Below are positions 25,096 through 38,581 of a stretch of DNA of 64,000 bases, in pieces; the stretch's first letter is position 1, and every line of letters begins with the position of its first letter. The notes under the pieces are model-generated. The model did no database searches and was not told the origin of the DNA. It saw only the letters and a list, made by a program, of their open reading frames with translations. Source of the DNA: Microthyrium microscopicum (taxonomy: Eukaryota). The stretch is taken from assembly GCA_010405405.1 (NCBI GenBank), contig MU004235.1, forward strand, positions 1,933,539 to 1,997,538. Reading direction: 5' to 3'. Both the position numbers and the translations under genes were made by a program.

Positions 25096-26486
25096 TTATG
25101 CTTTGTATGTACTTCCTATCTCACCACTGCGAATCTTCGAGAACGTCACTTGCGCATTCGGCTGTTCAGCAAGGATTTGCGCCGGCTTTCCTCCTGTCAC
25201 CGGGCATGGCCCTCGTGCAGCTCCTGGTGTTCCGGGTGCCGCATTTTCTGGGATAGTCGAATCCATCCAGTGCATCGATCCACCAGCATCGTCCCAGATC
25301 GCCATTGCTAAAACCATTCCTCGACCAACAGCTTCACCCATTGTCTTCAATCCTCCTTGCGTTGCAAACGTGTTAGGTGCACTTGCGCCACCGCCGAAGA
25401 GACTCTTCTGCTTCGCGCAATATCCGTCGGTCATGCTATTCACGTCTTCCAGACCCTTGGCGGTCGCTTTAGCTTCCTGGTGGACTTTGCCGTCTTGGAC
25501 GTACAGGCGACGAATCTCCTTGAGTGCACCAGAATCCTTATTGTCAACAGTGACAAATTGAGTGACGACAGTAAATGGCTTTGCAGAATCGATAGTCTTG
25601 CCTTTTCCGTAGAAAGACTGAACACCATTGCGGTACGCATTGATCTCACAGCCATCCTTATCGCAGACACTGCGTAACTTGTTCTTGCCGCCTGGCGCAT
25701 TACCACAATCCGGCTCGGAGCACGCATAGGGGCCAGTGACATTGCACGGATGAGGCGTATATGTCATGGCCGCGGAGTTGGCCTCCCAGATATCCATCTC
25801 GTTGCAGCAGGATCCTTTACCAGCAAAGTTGGCCTATATGATCGTCAACTTAAAGTTCAAACGCCATTGGAAGTACCAAAACTTACCCGACCCATAAGCC
25901 AATTTTGCTTTGGACACTGCGCATCACAATATCCGACTCCATACTTCGCACCCGCCACATTAGTCGCGTCTTTATGCCCATTCAAGCTCATCTCGCTCAG
26001 ATACAACGCGCCATTAACACCACACCCGGCCTTGCTAGTATCCACATCAAAGGCAAACTCCTTATTTAACAAGCTGAATTTCGCATATCCCTCCACGGCC
26101 TCATCATACAGATAGATTCTCGGCGAACTCTTTTGGATCTTGCCATCCTTCGTCACAAACAGATTCATTGTCACTGCATTACCAGTGGTCTTGAGTCCCA
26201 TGCCGGGGTAATCAACTCCTTCAACAGCACAGGCTTTCGTGCAGGACTCGGCGTCAGTGCAGATGGTCTTGTTGAAGACGTCATTGACAACGCAATTAGT
26301 GTAGCCGCCAACATTATGCAGCCAGCGGAAGTTGGCGTCGATCACGATGGAAGTGTTGGCGGGTTTGCAGCCGCCGGCGATGGTGCAGCGCTCAGAGGGA
26401 AGGGAGGGATGGACCTCGGGCGTGTTGGTGCCGATTTGCTGGGCGATGGCGCTGGCGATGAAGAGGAGAAAAGGAGTGTATGCCAT
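25096..26486 (-). CDS. Secreted glycoside hydrolase family 7 (probably endoglucanase-type, no CBM1)
   Basis: Signal peptide plus QQIGTNTPEVHP; GCGVNGALY, YGVGYCDAQCP, catalytic CCNEMDIWEANS, CDKDGC; one intron about 25835-25886; short loop between CDAQCP and CCNE; ends EIGSTYKA without linker or CBM. Confidence 0.95.
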
Positions 26487-27894
26487 GGCTAGCAATACTA
26501 GGTGGGCTAGAAATGAGTGACTAGACCGGTACCTAAAGAATGATAGGATCGAAAGAAAGACGTAGAGGAAGGACGAGAAAAGGCATCGTGAGATCTGCTA
26601 TAGGGAGATGCATAATTTCGAATTAATGTGTGTATAGAGATGGAATTACGGTGCTACGGCATAATTTCATTTCTAAATACGTGGATAGAGAAATATGTAA
26701 GTAAATTATAGATGAAACAGCATTGACCTCAAGACACTTTCTGAAGTGAGATATTGGTTACCTGGTATAACCCTATTGCTATTGGCACATTCTGTAGCTA
26801 TAGTCCCGCAGAGCCTCTTCTCTGTTTAAATACTTAGATATGTGAGAAGGAGAACAAGGGGAACAAGAAGACCAATAATATAGTGGGCCAAACATTCATT
26901 TTTGAGTCAGATGTGTGTCGGAATCAAAATTCCATAATTTGCAAAGCTGTGGATCAAAACATCATGTCACTGCGAACTTCAATATTACTTATAGGCTAGA
27001 GAACAGGGTGGTAGCAGTTACTACATACATGGCTTTGTATTACATGTTCTTCATGCTTCCTCGAGTTCCAAGTCGCGATGCTTGCTAGGTACCTTATAGA
27101 TGCCAAGAGGCATTGTTGCCAACGTTTGTATGCTGCGTTACGTGAGGCTCCTTTAATCTGTCAAGCTTCGCACATTGTCCCTGCTTGAGATTTCAATGCT
27201 CTCGTAACAGTGCCTCCGGCGCAGCCTCGATCGACAGCTTCCACTCACGTGGTTGGTCTGCAATTCGGATTCATTGTCGTACATGACTGGGGCGGTAGTG
27301 AGCCTGTGTTGCAGGCTGCAATTCTTCCAAAATCCTCGACATCATGACCATTATTAACATGAGAGGATCAAGTGAGTTCATCTTCAAGACTCAACAGTAG
27401 CCAGTACGCTGTTTAAGAATACAAAATCATGGAAGACCTAAGCAAGCAAGACAACGTCGATTCCTTGCATGGCCAGGTACGGAAAATGCTACCTGTTATA
27501 TCTCTAGATCTCTTTTCTCCGTGCTTAGATCCTACAAAACTACCTGGCTACTTTCTGCTTGCCTGCCGTACCCGTTAGCTCCCCACACTCTAATAATCCT
27601 GTCTTCATTCTTCAATTCGATATTACTAGCTTCTTTAGGCAATGAATATGGTCGCAATAAATACAGCATTCCCTTATTCGTCCAGCATCAATATCGCCTC
27701 ATCCTTCCGGTTTTTGATATTTGCTACTGAAACCTTGACAGAGCAATAAGAAATTAAGAGAAAACTGCAATCCCCTGGTTTTCAAATTACTTTAAGCTGA
27801 GCCTTTCTCTTTACTAAATAAAGTCTACAACAACTTTCCTTGCCTCACCATTTTTTTGGGTTTTATCTAGCAATCAGAGCACCGGACGAAAGCT

Positions 27895-29449
27895 ATGAAG
27901 TACCAGGCAATTGGGGCCATTTTTCTACTGGTCTCGAGGGGAACTTATGCGTTTCAGAAGCGAGATGTCGTGAGCAATCCAAAAACACCGCCAGTTTCGG
28001 TCAAAGGCAATGGTAATTGCACAGGTTTTGTCTTGTTCTACTGATGCTAATTACTGCAAGCCTTCTTTGCAAATAACAAGCGATTCTATATTCGTGGTGT
28101 TGACTACCAGCCAGGTAATTCTTCTGTCACCGAATAGAATCAGCGCACCTCATTAAGATCTATTTAGGAGGTTCTTCAAAGGTCATAGACCCTCTAGCAA
28201 ACCCGACTATTTGCAAACGCGATATCGAGAAATTCAAAGCTTTAGGACTCAATACCATCCGCATCTACTCGGTGGACAATTCTGCAAACCACGATGAATG
28301 CATGAAGTCCTTGGCAGACGCCGGTATATACCTCGCTCTCGACACTAATTCGCCAGCGTATTCCATAAATCGAAAAGACGAGGTATCAGCCCATGCATCT
28401 TACAATGAGGTAGGTCTTGTCCGATTTTCAAGCCAAGTAAAACAGCACTTTCTGATCCAACACACCTATAGGTTTATCTTCAGAACGTATTTGCAACGAT
28501 CGACGCGTTTCAGAAGTACGATAATACACTACTTTTCTATTCTGCGAATGAGGTCATCAACGAACAACCAGTGACGACTTACGGGGCACCATATGTCAAA
28601 GCCGTCATTCGTGATATGAAGAACTATATTAAAGCCCGAAACTACCGAAAAATCCCTGTAGGCTATTCAGCAACAGATGTAACGGAAAACCGCTACGAGA
28701 CAGCCACATACCTGAACTGTGGCGGTAGTCAAGCTCGAACCGACTTCTTCGCATTCAATGATTATTCATGGTGCAACTCTGATTTCAAGACATCAGGCTG
28801 GGATCAGAAAGTTGAACAGTACAAAGACTATAGTGTTCCATTTTTGTAGGTAACTCGGCATCCTTGTGCTCACGTTTTAATCCTGTTTAGTATGTCTGAG
28901 TACGGGTGTGACAAGATACGTCCGAGAGCTTTCACCGAAGTCGAAGCATTATACTCAAGACTGATGACGCCGGTATACTCTGGAGGACTCGTGTACGAAT
29001 ATACTCAAGAACCGAATGGATTCGGGCTAGTCGAAATTGAAGGTGACCAAGTTCGCGAACTTAAGGAATTTCAGATTGTCCAAGCGGCCTTCAAAAAGAC
29101 ACCGTTACCTGCGGATGACGGCGGATACAACCCAAATGGAAGTCCCAGCAAATGCCCTACGAAGTCCGCCAATTGGCTCGTAAGAAATAGTTCAACTCCA
29201 TTGATGCCGGCAGGAGCTCAGAAGTACATGCAGAACGGTGCTGGGCCCGGAGTCGGTCTCAGGACTGGAGATAAAGGAAGCCAATGGGCAGGAACGCCTA
29301 GTACTGGATGGACAGAAGACAAAGATGCGGATGTGGATGTGGTGAAAAACAATACCACAGCGAAAAGCATTGGGAACGTCAACTTTCCAAGATTCGGTTT
29401 CTTGGCGGTGTCTGTATTTGTAGCCTTGGCTGGCCTAGGTACCTTATAG
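27895..29449 (+). CDS. GPI-anchored beta-1,3-glucanosyltransferase (GH72, Gel/Gas family, no CBM43)
   Basis: Signal peptide; RFYIRGVDYQP, DPLA, NHDECMKSLADAGIY, FYSANEVIN, IPVGYSA, DFFAFNDYSWC, MSEYGC, YSGGLVYEY; hydrophobic C-terminus; several short introns. Confidence 0.95.
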
Positions 29450-30495
29450 ATGAACCTCTCTAATTTCACTAGGCTTCCGGCTGTCCTCAGGGACTGGAAT
29501 ATCAATGGCTTCTCAATTGCCACTTCAGCAATCTTGTGCTTGCCAACCAAGGGTCTAAAATTGGCGGAACGCGCAAAGGAGAGGTTGGTGACCAGGACCA
29601 CAACCGACTCCTCCCTTGAGAACCTGGAGAAAGCTATGCCAGAGCTCTCAGTCACCTCTGCTCACGTCTACGCTATGCCATGATACATCAATATGGTGAA
29701 AGACGCACTGAAGAAGGCTAAAGAAATAGAGAAGGATTATGATAAACTCTTCGGCTACTATGTCAGAGCTACTACCGAAAACTTCCATTCAAACGCTCTA
29801 TGCTAGCGTGGTTTTCTAGCAATGTTTTGTCCCTAGCAATAGTGAGAGCCCCCCTAAACAAGCAGCACTGAGAAGGGGCAACCAACAGGGGCGTTTCAGC
29901 CAAGAACTGGGTGTTATTTAGATCTCCGAAGGGGCAGAGATTCTGGTTCCTTAAGCATATTTTAACCAATACAATTATCATCAAGATCCTCTATTGCCGT
30001 CCCAAGAACTATCAGCACCCCCTGCAAAGAAAATCACGCTAGAATGGAAGTTTTCGGTAGAAAGATGATGCGGGCTGCGTGGTACACGTGCACTTTCCCT
30101 AGCCGTCTTGGCTATCATTTTAGCCTTGAGCTTAAATCGACCTCGCCGCAATTTTAATATACTTGTCTCCGCTGTCCACCAGTGATTTAAGACCAAGGAG
30201 AACATTATATCAGTTCCGGCGACAATTTACGAAAGGAGGAAAGGTAATGCAACTAATAGATTGCTTGCTAAGAAACTAGTAGGGATGTGCTCTAGGACCA
30301 AAAAGAGGCTAGTACTATTTGTCCTAACACTCGTGTGCTCACTAGCTTCTTATCTACATGATTGGCTAAGTCCGTTGGATAAATCCAGGATTGACTATGA
30401 GCGGGGAGGGTGGCTGATAATTACATTTCGTGAACTCGTGTACACACTCGATGGTTCGCGGACAGTGTTTCTAGAACAATGCGGCTAGCCTTGTT

Positions 30496-32394
30496 TCAGT
30501 GCCCTTTTAGCCATTCAAAAGCCCATATTGTGTCTCTTTCCGCGTCACTGTGCTCTTCAAAAATTGTGACTGATTGGGACTCGTACATTTCTTCCTTGCT
30601 TAGCTCGTGAAGGACAAAGTCAACCCCAACCGTCCGAAATCGAGCTTGAAGTGGCTGAGTCCTTGAGAGTATTTCGTAGGGAGAACCACGTTCAGTAAAC
30701 CGAATAACGATTGTATGTAGTCGGGGGAAATCTGGCTTTGCATCTGGCAACTGGTGCAACATATGTTGAATGCTTTCGAAACGACCTGAGCGGAATCTAA
30801 GGCGAAGAACTTCAATTGATTTTGGTAGAACTTTGACGAGAGAGCGTGCTCTGCATTTAGGTGGCATATCATAAGAAAAGCCTCTTGCAGGGCGCACAAT
30901 GTAAGTATCGAGCTCAAGATGGGTTAATTTGGTGAAGCGTTGAAGGTCGGTGATTTGATGCTGTCTCAGCACCATTTGATTTCGATACGAGCTGGGATTC
31001 ATCGTCAAAACAAGACATTGAAGACTTTCAGCGTGAAATCGTGATAAACGATCGACTATAGCATGAGCATCGAAGAGCATGGCTGGGTCGACCTTGGTTG
31101 ATATGGACGCCGGAAGCAACTCATCCTTGTCCTCGTCTGCTTCCACATCAATCGATTCTTCGAGTGGTAGCCAATACATCTCTCGAATCGTCTCAACATT
31201 TTTGTTTTGGCATAGCACAGCAATTCGCTCGTCATAATAGTCTTTCAACTCAGCATAATCCATTCCTAGAGGTCCTGACTTCAAAGTACCTTCGCGGTCA
31301 CAGATCGGAACCATGAGGGTCGAGTCCTGATGTCTCTGCGCCGCCATATTCTCTGTATTGACTGTTTGCGTGGGGAAACTCTGGGGTATGATGTCTGGTG
31401 AAGATATTTCCTGCTCGCTTTCCGAACCGGAATCGGGATCTGGAGGCAACTTGTAGATCATGTTGTCCTCCCAGATAAAGGTTTCGAGGGACTGCAGTGA
31501 ATCAATTATATGTGCCAATTGCTTCATGTTGGCCGACGACGTTGTCAGGCACAAGTGTTTAAGACTGCAGTTGAGTTGAGACGGCCAATCATAGACCATA
31601 CGATCCCAGGGGCGGTCCCAGTAGGTATCAGGCCACAGCTTGTCCAGCACTATAGCTTTGAGCCTTGGCAGCAAGAGCCAGGCAGAGAGATCTCCAAGAG
31701 AAGTATATCTGGCAAGCCGGAGTTGAAGCTCTTCTAGATTTTGAAAATAGTGTTGGCCACCTTGATGCTTAATAAACCAAGTCAAACTTGCGTAGGAACC
31801 TAGCCAAGGCATGCTACTAATGCTCAATCGTCGGATATTCCAGTAGAGAAGCAATGCAGATATGTCGAAATAAACCGGATTGGGACCGCGGATCCAATCT
31901 TCTTTGTTGTCAGGCCATATTGCAAACCTTCCAAACTTTGCAATCATAGCATCCTTATTGCGAATGGTGGAGAACTGCGCTAAATCTGACGAGAACGCAT
32001 GCAGATGAGACAGTGCTGTCGCTAACCAAGTGGCCTCCTCTTCTAACCTGGTCAAGATATTCGCAGTCTCACTGCAAGTGGGATGAAAGTGAGAGACGTG
32101 AATGTCCGATAGATAGGCCAGTATCCAAGCCTGTCTCCGCGGCAGGGCGGTCATTACTTGGCCGAGTACTTGCATTGGCGTAAGATAGCCGGGGTGGGCC
32201 TCAGGACCATTCTTATTTTGTTGGACCAACCAGTTTTTGCAGAAGTTGTGTTCCTGTATCAAATATTGGCCTGCAGAATAAGTGCGCTTGCAAGTGAGGA
32301 TAATATTCTCAAATCCATCTGGTCGAGCAAAATTGAGTATACGGCAAAGTAGCTCGGACGGCAGAAGTAGTAATTTTGACTGTAGGTGAGCCAT
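30496..32394 (-). CDS. F-box protein with LRR-like C-terminal region
   Basis: MAHLQSKLLLLPSELLCRILNF...ILTCKR F-box; repeated LxxLxL segments (NLEELQL, SLKHLCL, SLETFIW, KLTHLEL, LPKSIEVLRL); acidic insertion. Confidence 0.75.
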   Translation of the reverse strand: MAHLQSKLLLLPSELLCRILNFARPDGFENIILTCKRTYSAGQYLIQEHNFCKNWLVQQNKNGPEAHPGYLTPMQVLGQVMTALPRRQAWILAYLSDIHVSHFHPTCSETANILTRLEEEATWLATALSHLHAFSSDLAQFSTIRNKDAMIAKFGRFAIWPDNKEDWIRGPNPVYFDISALLLYWNIRRLSISSMPWLGSYASLTWFIKHQGGQHYFQNLEELQLRLARYTSLGDLSAWLLLPRLKAIVLDKLWPDTYWDRPWDRMVYDWPSQLNCSLKHLCLTTSSANMKQLAHIIDSLQSLETFIWEDNMIYKLPPDPDSGSESEQEISSPDIIPQSFPTQTVNTENMAAQRHQDSTLMVPICDREGTLKSGPLGMDYAELKDYYDERIAVLCQNKNVETIREMYWLPLEESIDVEADEDKDELLPASISTKVDPAMLFDAHAIVDRLSRFHAESLQCLVLTMNPSSYRNQMVLRQHQITDLQRFTKLTHLELDTYIVRPARGFSYDMPPKCRARSLVKVLPKSIEVLRLRFRSGRFESIQHMLHQLPDAKPDFPRLHTIVIRFTERGSPYEILSRTQPLQARFRTVGVDFVLHELSKEEMYESQSVTIFEEHSDAERDTIWAFEWLKGH

Positions 32395-32499
32395 GGGCGA
32401 GGCGTGGGCGTGGGCGTGGGCGTGGGCGAGGCGTGGGCGTGGGCGAGGCGTGGGCGTGGGCGAGGCGTGGGCGTGGGCGAGGCGTGGGCGTGGGCGAGG
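32395..32499. repeat. G-rich microsatellite (GGGCGT)n with GGGCGAGGCGT variants
   Basis: About 105 bp of GGGCGT/GGGCGA/GGCGT units directly upstream of the F-box ATG. Confidence 0.95.
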
Positions 32500-33421
32500 T
32501 GTGGTATGTAGAGAAGCAGGTAAGTGGTGAAGCAATTAAGAAAGCGGATGTACTTGACGATAACCGCTGTTAGTAGATTACTAGCGACTCCATCCTTCTA
32601 ATATATCTGCCAGTGCACCTCTAAATAAGCAATCTAGAGGTTGGGACATGTTTGCGCCCTACAAGTCTGTGCGTCAGATCAGTACCTGAATTTGCGATTG
32701 GATTATAACGAAAGCATCAAGTACGGAAGCTCACCATGGCCTACCCAACAAGATCATAAAAACCCAAAAGCCCATGCCAAACCGATATTGCCGGGTAGGC
32801 CGTAGTGAGCTTCCTTGCACCTCGTTCACTGAAGAACAAAGAGTTGACGCATGTTTTCGTGATTCGACGCGCGTGGCCAGTCGATCCTTTGACGCGCCTT
32901 CGCAACCTCTTAGCAGTAGGTCTTGAGCATCAATCTCTTTCTGTGATCTGTAAGACATAAAACAAGGTTAGTACTCAATTCAAATTACTTCAGAAAGCGA
33001 AGCACCGAGCCTTGTCAATCAGATGTGATTTCAGTCTTCAGGGAGTTTTGCATAAGGTAATTGTGTGGAACAAGTCGCATAACTGGTGAGTAAAGTGTCA
33101 GACTAGTCCCCATGGACACAAAATTGAATGGCATATGCTATATTTCGATTAGCTGTAGTAGAAAGCAGTTATTGCACCTTGCCATATAATGTATCAAAGA
33201 TGCCTCGATGGCAATCCAGTCTATTGCAGCCAAAGATCTGGCCCAGTTCAGACTATGTGAACATCAAGAGGGGGGAGACCTATAAAACAGATGAAGAAGT
33301 AATCCGCCGAGTAGTCCACCCAAGGCGCCGATGCCCAACCGGATAATATGCCATGTTGTAGACAAAATTTGTAAGTGAACTCGCAATGCAATAATACATA
33401 TATCTTAAATCAGAACAAGCT

Positions 33422-34336
33422 TCAATCGCTGGGGAACACCGTTTGACGGGCAAACTGTAAGTTGTTAGCTTTAATCCGTCAATCCACAGTTGTGTTACTC
33501 ACAGCCCAAGCTCCGGCCGCCGATGCAACCAACCCGCCTGATATCAACATTGGCTTCACGCCTTTTGTGCTTCTGAATAACATTCCGCTTAGAGCTCCTG
33601 CTGCAACGCTGTTACCAGCATCATCTACTTTCATCAGTCCAATGTCTTGAATGTCCTGACTCGTGAGAACTTACGCTTTCCCCGTACATATCCGATATAG
33701 GAGTTGACGCCTGAATATGATCACATTAGCCTTTTCCTGAGAGCTTTCAGGGACTTCCTACCATTGTACAACATGGCTATGACACCCGCTGAATTGCCCA
33801 AAAATGGACCTCGTCTCGTCACGCCGTTGAGTATAGCATTCAGTTGGATTCTTCCGGGCGCACCAGCTGGAATACTACGCGCCCCTTCCGCAAACCCGAG
33901 TCCTCCACCTATTCGGCTTTAGTATTTCCCAGGGGTAGTCACTTTTGAAGGCATACCGATCATGAGCGCTGTTAAGTATGTACATCCGGTACCATAACAC
34001 AGATCATCACTCCATCCTCGACTCGGCAATGCAGACTTGCCGCCTGGTAGATCCGATAATACCGAGTCTTCGAGTTTTAAGTAATCGAGCGCGTCTTGTG
34101 AAAGGTTTGAAAGGGGATGTAAAAGTGATGGATCGTCTAGGAATGAAGGGACTGTAGGGCCGCTGGAGCTGTTGCCAGATGATGGAGGGAATGCGGAGTC
34201 TGTAGGTACGGCATCGAATGGATTCGAGGATTGAGCAGATGGCGATGCTGTGCTTTTGCGCCCTGTAAGGCTATCCCATCTATTAAATGTTAGCAAAGTC
34301 GATGAAGCGTTTCCAAAGCAGCACTGACATGGTCAT
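33422..34336 (-). CDS. TIM23: Mitochondrial inner-membrane translocase subunit Tim23
   Basis: MTI|WDSLTGRK, LHPL, LDYLKLED, SALPSRGWSDDLCYGTG, LNAILNGVTRRGPFLGNSAGVIAMLYN, STKGVKPMLISGG; multiple short introns. Confidence 0.95.
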
Positions 34337-36241
34337 CGCGAAAATCAGAAAGAACGAAAAGTGCAAGCGCAGTGTAACAAGCTCAGGAGTTCGACGATCT
34401 TTGGCAGTGAAGGCAATCAACTTTTTTGCAAAAGTCTTGATGATGTCGGAAGCGCACTGACGGCCGCCTCGGCTCAAAGCCGAAGGATGATCCCCAGGTG
34501 CCCCAAACAGCCTTCGATCCGGCCCGATACTTAATTCCTCCGAGGACCTCCGGGCCGATGCGGAGATTCAGCCACATGGGCTCGCCACGCCATGTGCCAC
34601 GTTTTCGACAGGACTCCACAATTCTCAACTTCACCTCATCTCCAAATACAGCGACCTCCTGTATCATATATATTAATATTTGAGTATAGCAGAAGCCTAT
34701 GTTGTTTCATTACTACTCCAGGTACAGCTCAGCCTCCAGATCTTCTCTTCGAGTAGCCGACTGAGGCTACTCTATCCCCAGCGGCCTAACCTTCCTTGAT
34801 GCTCATCATCGCATCAGGTCCATATCATAACATTTGAGCCTTCATATCTCTTCCTTCGCGCAACTATGCCACCTAGCTGAGACCCACGAAGCTTTTGTTA
34901 TGTCTCAAAGAAGATCAATGACTGTCTAGGCTCGTATGACCGTCTTTATTAAGCTGCATTCTGGACATAAATTGATCAAATTACTCTACGTAAGTAGGCC
35001 AGGCTTTCTTGTGCTACCAACAATCGACTACTGGCACATGGCAAGAAGACGAATTCTCATCCACTCAGAGTTAGGATCACTGGCTCGCTGACATTAACCA
35101 TCGTCTCAATCTATCCTTTTCCACAACGAGGCCTATTTTAATCCACTTGTTTCGAATGACTGCTATATCTGCACTTCTATCCCCGTGCTTCGCGCAATGA
35201 TCTGCTGGTTGATCCAGGAAACTGGCCAAGAAAACCCTTAGTAGCATTCCAAAAGGATCCTCCAGGCCGTCAAAGCTTACATCTCTGCCCCAGGAAGCCC
35301 TGTCACCAGCTATTTCCGCCCTAGTCACTCAATCTCTTTTCAGCGATCACCATATTATCAAGCTATAATTTCTTATGGCCTAGTTCGTGTTTCTTGTCTC
35401 CTGCTTGTGCCGCACTCTCTCACATTGGCTGGCTTGTCCTGGTTGATTGCTGACAGCCAATAAAGCCTGGTTTGCTCTCAAGCCAAGATTGTTCACCGAT
35501 TCGATTAATGAGTTATCAGATCAAATCATATTAACTATTTTGATCCTCCGCTCCAGATTTGCCAGGAGACCCAGGTGTGGAATACTCTTCGCCGCTTTTT
35601 CGGCCCGTATGCTAGATTGTTGGCCGTCTAATTCCAGTTGGAAAGCATTGTCAGTCAAGCTGAGTAACAATGGACGGAGACCGACGCCGAATGGAGATGT
35701 CAAGTTATGCGCAACTGCTGATGAAACGAGCTGATGGTCCCTTCTCAATTGATTTTCTTGGACGTACTGCTTCCATTGAATTACTGGTAATATATACATC
35801 AAATCTCCGTACCGCACGCCACATGGGCTAAGCTTTGGGGATGAAGGATCAGTCACAACCAAAAAGTTCAATACCTGCTTCGCCACCCCTATCATCCGAG
35901 AAATTGGAAAAACAGCGATCTTGAATACTACATTATCATTTCCTAGCAATGCTCATCCTGGCCTGGCAGTCTCTCATCAAGTCAAATTTGCTGCGATCCT
36001 CTCCCGAAATTGCGAAAGGGCTCGTGCACTCTATCTCGGAAGATTGTATTTTAATCTACTTCCTTTCGTGTCCTACCCTTACAACAGTGTAATATAAGGA
36101 AACAGGGTGGTCTGTTTCAATTCAACACCTTTTCTTCTGGAGCCTCCAAGTAACACCACGGCCAAACCCAACAACGTAATTCGAAAACGAAAACAATCAG
36201 TGTTGTGTGCGCAACACAACACTCTCTCCCGATCGCCAACG

Positions 36242-37424
36242 ATGCGACTGACAGTAGGGGTGTTACTGTCTTGCGCTGCGTTCGGCATCGTCGGAGCCTC
36301 GCCGCTGCATAGTTTGGATGCACGGCAAGATCTCCACGATGTGAACCGAATAGCAGACCCATTGAATGCTCCAGAGACGCAAGAATCACTCGAAGCGCAA
36401 GAATTACAAGAGGCCCGAGAGGCAAGTCCGCAAGGTACGTACGAAATCGCGACTCAAAAATCGCACAACCCAAAAGACGTCATACACTGCATGGTTATCA
36501 TTTCTTTTGATCAATACTGATTGCGATAAGTGACCCAAGCCGTTCCCACACTACCTTTCGTCCCAGGCTCAGTTGGTCCCCTCGATAAACCAGGCGGGCC
36601 TCTCGCCGGACTCACCCCCATCCATATGCCAACTCCGGCCTCATTCTTCGCTTCGCAATCAATAAAGAACCCCCCTTCCTCAACACATAACCCACCACCC
36701 CAACAACATACTACACAGCATAGCTCGCAACATAAACCAACCGCCAAACCGAGTCCCGCCCCTCAACATCCAAATCAACCACCGAAACCGCCCAATCCTC
36801 CCCAAAACGGCCAAAGACCAAACCCTCCACCCGGTCTACCAAATTTCCCGAATTTCCCGAATCTCCCAAATCCATTCGAAGGTTTTCCCAATCTTCCGAA
36901 AGTTCCACCAGGATTTGGAATAGGGCCTGGACATCCACAACCGCAATCGGCGCCCCAGGACCACATCAAGTGTACCAACCAGGAAGTCAATTGCGAATTC
37001 CTCAAGAAACAATCCTTTGATCTTCAAAACGATGACGACGAGTGCTTGCGCATAGCGACCAGCTTTGACCAGGAAGGAAAGATTGATATCAAACCTCTGG
37101 CACAAGGCAGTGATACTGTTGTGTATGGGATCACCACAGATGGGTTGACTGCTTCGGCATGGTGTAATGATATTGGCTGGACCTTGCGAAGAATATACAG
37201 CAAGTGTCGGCGTGGCAAGCAGTGCTTTGGCGGTATGTTGAAATCGTATTCCTGGTTTCGTTATACTGACAGATATCTTAGGACAAGGTTATGCTGCTCG
37301 TAATTCCGTTTTTATGGTCTCCGTCGGTCCAAAAACTGGCGGGCCAAAAATTGTTAATAGATACCCCAACATTGAATTCTGGGATACGTCGCTTTTCAGG
37401 TGGAATGGCACTTGGACTAGCTGA
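36242..37424 (+). CDS. Secreted protein with Pro/Asn-rich linker and Cys-rich C-terminal domain (effector-like)
   Basis: Signal peptide MRLTVGVLLSCAAFGIVGA; introns about 36434-36530 and 37233-37281; (PNF)n repeats; C-terminal domain with 6 Cys. Confidence 0.7.
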
Positions 37425-37598
37425 TGATATCCTTCTGGCATGGCGTTGGGAGGCTACTGTAAAAGTAGATGTTGTATCATACTGTAGAATATTATATTCC
37501 TTCCTAACTTGGTGTCGTCATATCTGTATCCCCATTTTGTCGAGCCCATCACTTGGTGGCTTCGTTTCAGATTTCTCCCTCATTCGTACAGTTGAGTC

Positions 37599-38297
37599 TC
37601 ACAGTTCACGCAGACACTGCTCTTCTTCATCCCACTCATCACCATACCAGTTTCGCTGCATGTCCTGGAACATATAGCGATCCATTCCACCCTTCTTCTT
37701 CAACCATCCCGCCATACACTCGATCTGCTCCGTCAAAGCCTCGGCCTGCACCCGCATATCCACCGCCATTTCGCGCTGTCTCTCCAATTCCACCGGATCA
37801 TGCTCCGCATATCTCGCCATCTCGCTCTTCAGCGCCGCAACCTCCTTCATCAACTCCGCATTCTGCTGCGCCAACACCTTTTTGCCCTCCTCATCATCCC
37901 CATCACCCTCGCGCTCACTCATCTTGGCCTGCACCGCAGCTTCCGTCTCCTGCACACTCAACACCACCTTGTCATACTCGCTCTGCGCCGCATGCAGAGC
38001 TGCCCCACGCATGGTGGCCACGTCGGAAGCGAATGTCCAGTACCAATTGCCGGAACCAATCTTTTCGACGCGTAGTTCGCTGTCGTCGATGAGCGCTTGG
38101 ATGTGCTCCTTGAGCTGCATGGCGTGGATGCCGGCAATGGCGGGGAGGGCTTTTTCGAGATCTTTGAGGGTGTGGCAGGTGTTAGAGGCGCGGAGCCAGT
38201 TGAGCATGAGGGCGCGTTTGGCGGCGGGGGATGTTGGTTGTTTGGGGGCCTGTTGAGATTAGTGGAGCTGCGGTGAGACGGGAATTGGGTGGACCAT
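37599..38297 (-). CDS. MND1: Meiotic nuclear division protein 1 (Hop2 partner)
   Basis: ATG-only exon 1, intron, then APKQ...; HTLKDLEKALP, GIHAMQLKEHIQALIDD, RVEKIGSGNWYWTF and coiled coil. Confidence 0.93.
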
Positions 38298-38581
38298 TGT
38301 GATGTTTTTTCGGTTTTGGAGAGACGGATTGGTCTTCGATTTTGTAATGAAAGACTCTAGTGAAAATTATGATTGTAGTTGTCTTGTTTTTCAGATGTGG
38401 AGAATTGGGGTTATTATGGTTGGGGATAGGATGAAGTTAGATGGACACCGCTATCGTGCGTTCCCCTTTGGGATCTCTGGTGTTCTAACTTCATCCCATC
38501 CCCTTCTCCGCAACTGTAATCCCATTTCTCAAGATCACTGTTGTTTCAAGAGATGTTATTCATCAAAGCTTCAATCTAGCT

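Noticed and set aside
32395..32573. PRPR/AHAH or RGRG-rich ORF extensions
   Set aside because: Translations of the GGGCGT microsatellite from non-ATG starts
34700..36000. Short ORFs between TIM23 and the secreted protein
   Set aside because: No recognisable motif or consistent exon structure; cannot support a gene
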